Source: Candidatus Micrarchaeota archaeon | Lineage (GTDB): Archaea > Micrarchaeota > Micrarchaeia > Micrarchaeales > Micrarchaeaceae | Length of the DNA: 36,904 nt | Reading direction: 5' to 3' | NCBI GenBank assembly: GCA_964390895.1 | Contig: CAYMJD010000001.1 | Span: 1-36,904, forward strand | In this document: positions 17,474-24,385 of the stretch, piece after piece | Layout of the letters: each line of letters begins with the position of its first letter | Position numbering within the stretch: the first letter of the stretch is position 1 | Notes under the pieces: model-generated | The model's input: only the letters and a program-made list of their open reading frames with translations | Database searches by the model: none | Told to the model about the DNA's origin: nothing | Program-made: the position numbers and the translations under genes

Positions 17474-17811
17474 GCGGCCTCCTTTATCGCCGTGAGCATC
17501 TTCTGCAGCTCGTCCGCGGAAAACCCTTTCCTCTCTGATGCAAGGACCTGCTTTAGGAGAGGCTCGCCCTTCGGCCTTATGTCTATGAGCTTCGTTATGG
17601 TGTCGCTCTTCAGGAGCTTGAGCTCATCCAGCCTCTTCCTAAGCTTCTCATACTGCTGGTCCGTAAGCTTGAACTTCTCGGCATGCTCCAAAGCGATCTG
17701 CTGCTCGTATATCGGTTCTTTCTTCTTCCTCCTGCCCTCGAGTATCTTCCATGTCACATGCAATGGGACGCTGCCGTTGTCTTTCGACTCTTTTCCTATC
17801 ATTTGTATCAC
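17470..17811 (-). CDS. rpoF: DNA-directed RNA polymerase subunit Rpo4 (RpoF, Rpb4 homologue)
   Basis: The 113-aa size, helical HRDC-like C-terminus (LKSDTITKLIDIRPKGEPLLKQVLASERKGFSADELQKMLTAI) and conserved rpoF-DUF655 synteny support the call. Confidence 0.65.
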   Translation of the reverse strand: MIQMIGKESKDNGSVPLHVTWKILEGRRKKKEPIYEQQIALEHAEKFKLTDQQYEKLRKRLDELKLLKSDTITKLIDIRPKGEPLLKQVLASERKGFSADELQKMLTAIKEAA

Positions 17812-17889
17812 TGGGTTAACCTTTGAGTATTTAATAGTTGCATATTATATTACTCTAACAAGGCATAAAAACGTTTTTAGGGTTTTTGT

Positions 17890-18798
17890 ATGGATCCAAA
17901 GGTTGCCTACGAGAGCACCCTCAAAGAAGTGAAGAAGCACATAGCTGGCAAGGGGGACATAATAGAGCTCATGTTCATAGCGATCGTCGCAAACGGGCAT
18001 GTCCTCTTAGAGGGGGTTCCGGGGGTTGCGAAGACAACTATGGCGAAGACGCTGGCCGACGTCATAAACGCCACCTTCAGAAGGATACAGGGAATGCCAG
18101 ACCTTGACATAAGGGATATAATAGGCTACACATACGTAGATGACGCCAACAGCATCGTGCTCAAGAAAGGGCCTATATTCACCAACATACTGCTAATAGA
18201 CGAGTTGAACAGGGCACCTCCGAAGACCACCACCGCGCTCCTCGAGGCGCTGGAGGAGCGCCAGGTAACGATCTCGAACCAGACGCTGCAGCTGGAGAGG
18301 CCGTTCATAGCGATGGCGACGCAGAACCCATTGAACATAGAGGGCACCACCTCTCTCCCCAAAGTTCTCGCTGACAGGTTTCTGATGCGCCTTGCAGTCA
18401 CATATCCAGAAGAGCAGGATGAGGAGGACATACTGAGGCTGAAGGAGCGCGAAGAAACAGTTGTAACGAACAAGGTGCTCGAGACAAAGGACATACTCGA
18501 CATACAGTCACAGCTCAACACAGTCAACCTAAGTGATGATGTCGCAGATTACATAACAAGGCTGGTCAGGGCTACGAGGACGGACATACACGTAGTCATG
18601 GGAGGGAGCCCGAGGGCCGACATAAGCTTCATGAGGTGTGGGAAGGCGAAGGCCTTGATAGAAGGCAGAAAGGAGGTCAGCATAGACGACATAAAGTTCC
18701 TCGCGAAGCCGATACTGAGCCACAGGATAGTGGTCAGGTCCACCGGGGGCATAGGCGTCAACGGAGTGATCGATGGGCTGGTCGCGACCTTGCGCTAG
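17890..18798 (+). CDS. MoxR-family AAA+ ATPase
   Basis: HVLLEGVPGVAKTTMAKTLA (Walker A), ILLIDELNRAPPKTTTALLEALEERQVT (Walker B/sensor), FIAMATQNP and GGSPRADISFMRCGKA are the canonical MoxR/AAA_3 pattern. The stop lies 10 nt before the first pilin-like gene. Confidence 0.9.
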   Translation: MDPKVAYESTLKEVKKHIAGKGDIIELMFIAIVANGHVLLEGVPGVAKTTMAKTLADVINATFRRIQGMPDLDIRDIIGYTYVDDANSIVLKKGPIFTNILLIDELNRAPPKTTTALLEALEERQVTISNQTLQLERPFIAMATQNPLNIEGTTSLPKVLADRFLMRLAVTYPEEQDEEDILRLKEREETVVTNKVLETKDILDIQSQLNTVNLSDDVADYITRLVRATRTDIHVVMGGSPRADISFMRCGKAKALIEGRKEVSIDDIKFLAKPILSHRIVVRSTGGIGVNGVIDGLVATLR

Positions 18799-18808
18799 CG
18801 GTGTAACA

Positions 18809-19282
18809 ATGCACAACCACAAAGCACAAAGCGCGGTCGAGTACCTAACTACGTACGGCTGGGCGATAATGATAATCGCAATCGTGCTCTCTGTAATATT
18901 CTACTTCGGGGTTTTCAGCCCGGGGAGATTCATCAACACGCAGTGCATATTCCCCGCGGACTTCTCCTGCCTGAACAGCTTCATGTCCACGAACGGCGTA
19001 ATAGTTATCAACATACAGCAATCCACACCATACACGATAAACATAAAAGCATACGGATGCAACACAAACCCGGTGTACACTACAATGACGACCCCCGCGA
19101 ACCAGATATCGGTCTTGATAGGGTCCAAGACAACTCTCTCGATACAGTGCTACAACGGCACGAACGCGTTCTCGGGGAGCGTCGGCACGCTCTTCAACGG
19201 GTACATAATACTAAATTACACGGACGTGCCTACCGGCTTCAACAAGGGGGTATTCGGCACGGTAGTTGAGAAGATCAGCTGA
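18809..19282 (+). CDS. type IV pilin-like protein with class III signal peptide (candidate major pilin)
   Basis: The N-terminus MHNHKA|QSAVEYLTTYGWAIMIIAIVLSVIFYF has a short basic leader, Q at +1, the (Q)S-x-x-E-Y-L motif of the archaeal class III signal peptide family and a hydrophobic helix. The product is small (157 aa) with a Ser/Thr/Asn-rich beta-type body. I chose the ATG at 18809, preceded by GGTG, over the track start 18773, which overlaps moxR. Confidence 0.8.
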   Translation: MHNHKAQSAVEYLTTYGWAIMIIAIVLSVIFYFGVFSPGRFINTQCIFPADFSCLNSFMSTNGVIVINIQQSTPYTINIKAYGCNTNPVYTTMTTPANQISVLIGSKTTLSIQCYNGTNAFSGSVGTLFNGYIILNYTDVPTGFNKGVFGTVVEKIS

Positions 19283-19294
19283 CGCGCTTTCCTC

Positions 19295-19338
19295 AAGAAG
19301 CTTCTTATTTATTCGTTTCTTTTTTATACTATAAAATA
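19295..19338 (+). terminator. palindrome plus T-tracts (candidate intra-operon terminator/attenuator) followed directly by a TATA-like box for the downstream adhesin gene
   Basis: aagaagcttctt (a perfect 12-bp palindrome, 19295-19306) is followed by atttattcgtttctttttt, which contains T-runs typical of archaeal termination signals. Then comes tatactataaaata (19325-19338), about 20 nt upstream of ATG 19354. Confidence 0.4.
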
Positions 19339-19353
19339 CAGGGCTGGTATCGG

Positions 19354-22092
19354 ATGGGCATACGCAAGAGGAAATCGCAGATATCCCTCGAATTCATGAT
19401 AGTGTACTCGTTCGTGCTTATAATATTCATAGTGGTCTTTGCGCTGATAACCCTGCAGGGGTCGTCCTCGATGGCTGCAGAGAGCTCTACCTCGCTGCAG
19501 CTGACTACCCAAAACATAGCTAGCGCAATCGACCGTGCACTGGCATCGGGCAACGGCTTCAACATCACAATGCCGCTCGCCGGGAGCCTCCTAAACGCGC
19601 CGTACAACCTCTATATATCCTCTACTGGCGTTGTCTTCGCGAACATGAGCATAGGGACGCAGAGCGTCAATGCGAGGGCGTTCAGCAGCGCGCGCAGCCT
19701 TAACATAAATGGGAGCCTTCTCCCATCAAGCACAAACACAATAAAGGTTTACAAGGTCTCTACAAACATAGGCACATTCTCTGTAGCGAATTATTACGGC
19801 ACCGTATACATAGATACCCCAGCGCCAAGCACGGTCAATATAACGAATTCAATGCAGGATAGCGTCTTTAATGTAAAATTCGGGAACTTCAATGGGCAGA
19901 CAAGCTACATCAATGTGGGTACAAATGGCCTTCCTATAGGCAACAGCATAAGGAGCGTATTCGCATGGGTCAACTGGAAAGGCGGCACAACCCAGCCCGC
20001 GATTTTTTACTATGGCACAAGGGCGAGTACGTATCAGGACGCAGGCTTATACATAAGCTCTGCTGGAAACGTAGCTTTTGACGGTTACACAACATATCCG
20101 GCAAGCAACCTTCCATTAACAACAAACAGCTGGCATTTTGTTGGATATACTTACAGCGGTGGCAGCAACGTGGTTGTCTACCAAGACAGCAACACGCCAC
20201 AAACATTAGCTTTGTCATCCGCATTGAATACAATACTGCCAGCCAGCGATGCAGCTGACATAGGAAAGCAGAGCAATGGGTTCACAGGGCAGCAGTTCCC
20301 AGGCTCGATTGCCAACATACAGGTATACAACAGCGTGCTCACATCAACACAGGTAAGCGCATTGTATGCGGCTGGCTATGGCGGCACGCCATTCTCAAAA
20401 AGCAATCTTGTAGCTTGGTGGCCGTTGAACTACAGCACAATAGATTATTCAGGCAGTTTGAATACAGGAAACGCAAAAAACGTCACATATACAGCAACAA
20501 CAACAGTAAAGCTACACAACACATTTATGGATGGTTCAAATGGCGCGGGCGCAAAGGTCGGCTTCATATCTAATGCAGCAAAGGTAAACAACACAAGGGT
20601 CGCGCTTGCCATAGCCGCGGACTCGAATGGCAATGCAACAGTCGTCATAAACTCCACATTTAACTCCACAAAGCAGAAGCTGTTTGTCAACGCGCTGAAC
20701 ATAAACAAGACGCTTGCTAGTAATGTTATCTCGTGGCTGCCCCTTGATGCGGGTTACGGCAACACAATATACGACCTCTCAGGGAACTACAACAACGGCA
20801 CATTCCAGAGCACAAGCAACTGGTTTTCTATGCCATCAAACGCCACAAATATTAGGACAGCGAGCTTCTCGAACAACGCGCAGATATCCGCCACGGTCCC
20901 AAGAATAAGCACAGCCGCAAACTCGATAAACACGGTAACATTCTGGATGAATTCAACATCGGCAAACGGAATCGCGCCGTTCGGCTTCCACAACTACAAC
21001 CTTTTCATAGGGTCAAACTGCCTGGGGTTCAACACCACAGGCAACGGAATATACGGCTTCAATTCTGTCGGGCTGCCGAACAGATGGCAGTTCATAGCAG
21101 CGGAGTTCTTTAATGGCGCTTATACAGCCAACTCCCTCATATATCTCAACGGAACACAGAAGACGCTCTCGCAGTGCACAGGCACAGCCTCGACCGGCAC
21201 AGCATCGACAGATGTTTATGTTTCTGGGTGGGGCAACAGCGCAAAGTACTACTTTACAGGCAACATAGCAAACCTTCAGATATACAACGCATCGTTGACC
21301 GCAGCACAGGTGCTTCAGCTCTACCGGCAGGGGATAAGCGGAGTGCCGCTCTACAACGCGAGCCTTGTATTGTGGCTGCCGCTTGACGGCAACACAATCG
21401 ATTACAGCAGCTCGCATGTGGCAAGCGCATCCTCAAATGTGCTATTCAAGAATTATAAGTACAACAGATTCAATTCAACAACAAGCGTGGCGAATTTCAC
21501 TGGGACAAACGCAATATATGCGGCCAAGGTCGCGTTCAACAGCCTTGCGTACAATTTCTCGGTCAACCAATGGTTCATGCTCAAGGTACAGGCCACCAAC
21601 GGAGTGATTAATGGTGGACAGAGTCCTGTCGTGGACATATACAACGGAATAACGAACAACGGGATAGGGGGAAGCCAGAACTTTGACTTCGGAGGGGGCT
21701 GGGCCGGAGGAACAAACAAAAACTTCGCATGGGGCGCATACTGGCCGACCAGCCTCCAGTTCTGCAGTACACCCTCAGGTACAATACAGACCGGTGTCTG
21801 GTATGACGCGCTTGTCGCAGTAAAAGGCTATACCAATGTGACAGTGTACATAAACGGGGTAAACCAGAAGAACTGCATACTGGCAGCTTCTCTATCAACG
21901 GTCGCGTCATACGGCACTAATCTCATGGTTGGTGTGGGGGTCAACCCAACAAACACAATACAGTATGGGGGCGTGTATGTTGCGGATGTGGAGGTATACA
22001 AAAGCACCCTCACCCAGGCGGAAGCTGCGCAGCTCTACCAACAGGGGCTGCCGTCGCACGACATTGTCAATGTATCATTGTGGTCCACATGA
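19354..22092 (+). CDS. giant pilin-like surface protein: class III signal peptide plus three LamG/concanavalin-like (Laminin_G_3-type) modules
   Basis: The N-terminus is MGIRKRKS|QISLEFMIVYSFVLIIFIVVFAL (QxSxE motif plus a TM helix). There are three modules, each ending in a G-x-IAN(I/L)Q(V/I)YN-x-x-LT-x-x-Q...LY motif followed by the linker (L/V)(V/L)xW(W/L)PL(N/D)G.. DYSG, which is characteristic of Laminin_G_3 domains. I counted about 23 N-x-S/T sequons by hand, and the protein has almost no Cys or charged residues. Confidence 0.85.
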   Translation: MGIRKRKSQISLEFMIVYSFVLIIFIVVFALITLQGSSSMAAESSTSLQLTTQNIASAIDRALASGNGFNITMPLAGSLLNAPYNLYISSTGVVFANMSIGTQSVNARAFSSARSLNINGSLLPSSTNTIKVYKVSTNIGTFSVANYYGTVYIDTPAPSTVNITNSMQDSVFNVKFGNFNGQTSYINVGTNGLPIGNSIRSVFAWVNWKGGTTQPAIFYYGTRASTYQDAGLYISSAGNVAFDGYTTYPASNLPLTTNSWHFVGYTYSGGSNVVVYQDSNTPQTLALSSALNTILPASDAADIGKQSNGFTGQQFPGSIANIQVYNSVLTSTQVSALYAAGYGGTPFSKSNLVAWWPLNYSTIDYSGSLNTGNAKNVTYTATTTVKLHNTFMDGSNGAGAKVGFISNAAKVNNTRVALAIAADSNGNATVVINSTFNSTKQKLFVNALNINKTLASNVISWLPLDAGYGNTIYDLSGNYNNGTFQSTSNWFSMPSNATNIRTASFSNNAQISATVPRISTAANSINTVTFWMNSTSANGIAPFGFHNYNLFIGSNCLGFNTTGNGIYGFNSVGLPNRWQFIAAEFFNGAYTANSLIYLNGTQKTLSQCTGTASTGTASTDVYVSGWGNSAKYYFTGNIANLQIYNASLTAAQVLQLYRQGISGVPLYNASLVLWLPLDGNTIDYSSSHVASASSNVLFKNYKYNRFNSTTSVANFTGTNAIYAAKVAFNSLAYNFSVNQWFMLKVQATNGVINGGQSPVVDIYNGITNNGIGGSQNFDFGGGWAGGTNKNFAWGAYWPTSLQFCSTPSGTIQTGVWYDALVAVKGYTNVTVYINGVNQKNCILAASLSTVASYGTNLMVGVGVNPTNTIQYGGVYVADVEVYKSTLTQAEAAQLYQQGLPSHDIVNVSLWST
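20911..21253 (+). repeat. copy A of a 343-nt LamG-core cassette duplicated between the two adhesin genes
   Basis: Manual alignment with 22928..23270 gave about 30 mismatches, no indels and a constant offset of 2017 nt. Perfect runs of 26-35 nt occur, e.g. acattctggatgaattcaacatcggcaaacggaat. Confidence 0.9.
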
Positions 22093-22628
22093 GGCTCTTT
22101 AAAATCCAGTTCTGGAGCTTTGACATCATCTTCGCGATAGTCATCTTCGCTATTGCGCTGACGATATTGGCATTCACGTGGTACAACGTGGGCACGCAGC
22201 TCTCTCTGGGATATGGCGCGGGCGCCACGCTTATGCAATTGCAGACCCAGTCTGTCTCGATGTCGCTGCTCTCACAGGGATCTCCGGCCAACTGGGAAAG
22301 CATAATCAACATCACGAACACGTCAACATGGAGCGGCGCCGGAATAGGCATAGGATCGATAAACAACACAATGATCTCGTCAAAGAAGCTTTATGCATTC
22401 ATTGCTATGTCGAACTACAGCTACCAGTCGACAAAGCAGCCACTGGGCGTTTCCTACGACTACTTCATAAGGATATTCAACAACAACATGAACATAACAA
22501 TAGGGAAAAACCCATCGCAATACGGTGCGCTGACGATCGATGTGGCAACGAAAAGCGCATACATAAACGGGCAGCCCGTGACAGTGAAAACTATCTTGTG
22601 GTCCAACACAACATTTGGTGTTAGCTGA
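22089..22628 (+). CDS. minor pilin-like protein (class III signal peptide)
   Basis: The N-terminus is MRLFKI|QFWSFDIIFAIVIFAIALTILAF and the body is Asn/Ser/Thr-rich. The ATG at 22089 forms an ATGA overlap with the upstream stop (the track start 22080 is also possible). Confidence 0.7.
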   Translation: MRLFKIQFWSFDIIFAIVIFAIALTILAFTWYNVGTQLSLGYGAGATLMQLQTQSVSMSLLSQGSPANWESIINITNTSTWSGAGIGIGSINNTMISSKKLYAFIAMSNYSYQSTKQPLGVSYDYFIRIFNNNMNITIGKNPSQYGALTIDVATKSAYINGQPVTVKTILWSNTTFGVS

Positions 22629-24385
22629 TGAGGAACTACAAAGGATTCATATTCTCTATCGACGCAACGATTGCGCTGATCGTTGCGGCCATAGCCGTAT
22701 CGATACTTCTATACATGAACTTCTCAGCTCCAAAGGGGCTCTTCTCGTCGACCAACGAAGCGGAGAGCCTGCTCCAGAACCTTCTCACGATAAAACTCAA
22801 GGATGCGCTTGCCAATGGGTTCATACCGCAGAAGTATCTGACACCATATATAGCGCAAGCAAATGGAACGCTTCTGGCGAAATTTTCTGGGACAGGCCAG
22901 GTGACAGCGAACGTGCTGCTGGTTACAACAGCCGCAAACTCGATAAACACAGTGACATTCTGGATGAATTCAACATCGGCAAACGGAATTGTTCCGTTCG
23001 GCTTCCACAACTACGACCTTTTCATAGGGTCGAACTGCCTGGGGTTCAACACCACGAGCAACGGAATCTATGGCTTCAATTCCGTTGGTCTGTCAAACAA
23101 GTGGCAGTTCATAGCAGCGGAGTTCTTTAATGGAGCATACACAGGCAACTCCCTCATATATCTCAACGGAACGCAGAAGACGCTCTCGCAGTGCACAGGA
23201 ACAGCATCGACCGGCACAGCATCGACAGATGTTTACATATCAGGATGGGGCAACAGCGCAAAGTACTACTTCAACGGAACCATAACAAATCTGCAGATCT
23301 ACAACATATCACTTTCGGCTCAGCAGATAACACAGCTCTACCAACAGGGGATAGGCGGCGCACCCATAACAACGCAAAACCTTGTGGCATGGTATCCCCT
23401 TAATGGCAACCCGGGGGATTATTCTGGACACAAGTACACGGGAACACAAACAAACCTGAACTACATAAAAGCGAATTTTATACCATTCAAATCATACAAC
23501 ATATCGCTGAATAGCTCTCTGCTGGAAACGATGGCCTCGCTTTACACCAACAATCAGGGAGCTTACGCATCGCTGATGCTCAATTACGTTGAGAATTCCT
23601 CTACAGTGGGCATACTTGTAAACAGCACGTTCGCCCCTGCAGTGAGCACCTCAGGCTTCAACGGGGCTAACTCTTATGTTTATGCGCCTGTGGGCTCTTG
23701 GCTTGGCACAAACCACAGCCTCACAGCCGCAGCATGGTTCTACAGCCCGTCAGGGGGAGGCCCAGTCTTCGGTGTTACGAGCAGCCCCCCAGGCGCAGGC
23801 TGGAACTCCCCGTTCATAAGTGTAGATTCAAACGCGCTAATCTATGGATGGATAAACGGCTCTACCAAGCTCACCTACCAGGGGAAATTCAACACATGGT
23901 ATTTCGTAGCTGTATCGTACAACAAGACTGCAAAGGTCGTCACACTCTTTGTCAATGGCCAGCAGTCATCTAACACGATCGGCAAATACGTTACATTGGG
24001 GGCTTTCGATTACTTCACCACATACATAACAGGAACAAAGCCCGCAAACGTGCCCAGCTATTTTAATGGGAATATAGCAAACCTTCAGATATACAACACA
24101 TCGCTCACAGCGCAGCAAATATCGCTGCTCTACCAGAGGGGAATTGGCGGAATTCCGATATACAATTCAACGCTCTCCGGATGGTGGCCCCTGGATGGCA
24201 ATGCAAACGATTATTCCGGAAACAACAACGACGGCATACCCAACAATATGGTTTACGGTGCCTCTACCTACATACCTTCAGCTCTGGGCGCAAGCTATGA
24301 GGTAAGCAAGGCAACAGCGCCAATGGCGATAAACATAAATGGCAACGTTCTTTTAAGGAACGTGAGCGTGATCACATGGCGATAG
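22628..24385 (+). CDS. large pilin-like surface protein: class III signal peptide plus two LamG/concanavalin-like modules
   Basis: The N-terminus is MRNYKG|FIFSIDATIALIVAAIAVSILLYM. Two modules carry the terminal motifs GTITNLQIYNISLSAQQITQLYQQG and GNIANLQIYNTSLTAQQISLLYQRG, plus WYPLNGNPGDYSG and WWPLDGNANDYSGNNNDG linkers. The first module is a near-copy of a module in 19354..22092. Confidence 0.85.
   Translation: MRNYKGFIFSIDATIALIVAAIAVSILLYMNFSAPKGLFSSTNEAESLLQNLLTIKLKDALANGFIPQKYLTPYIAQANGTLLAKFSGTGQVTANVLLVTTAANSINTVTFWMNSTSANGIVPFGFHNYDLFIGSNCLGFNTTSNGIYGFNSVGLSNKWQFIAAEFFNGAYTGNSLIYLNGTQKTLSQCTGTASTGTASTDVYISGWGNSAKYYFNGTITNLQIYNISLSAQQITQLYQQGIGGAPITTQNLVAWYPLNGNPGDYSGHKYTGTQTNLNYIKANFIPFKSYNISLNSSLLETMASLYTNNQGAYASLMLNYVENSSTVGILVNSTFAPAVSTSGFNGANSYVYAPVGSWLGTNHSLTAAAWFYSPSGGGPVFGVTSSPPGAGWNSPFISVDSNALIYGWINGSTKLTYQGKFNTWYFVAVSYNKTAKVVTLFVNGQQSSNTIGKYVTLGAFDYFTTYITGTKPANVPSYFNGNIANLQIYNTSLTAQQISLLYQRGIGGIPIYNSTLSGWWPLDGNANDYSGNNNDGIPNNMVYGASTYIPSALGASYEVSKATAPMAININGNVLLRNVSVITWR
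22928..23270 (+). repeat. copy B of the 343-nt LamG-core cassette
   Basis: See copy A. Weaker similarity continues for about 90 nt further, to about 23360 in this copy and about 21345 in copy A. Confidence 0.9.

Noticed and set aside
21174-21386. Paired 70-aa ORFs (21174..21386 and 23191..23403) with similar products, which could look like a conserved small gene
   Set aside because: Their similarity is a by-product of the 343-nt DNA repeat inside the LamG genes, read in an alternative frame.
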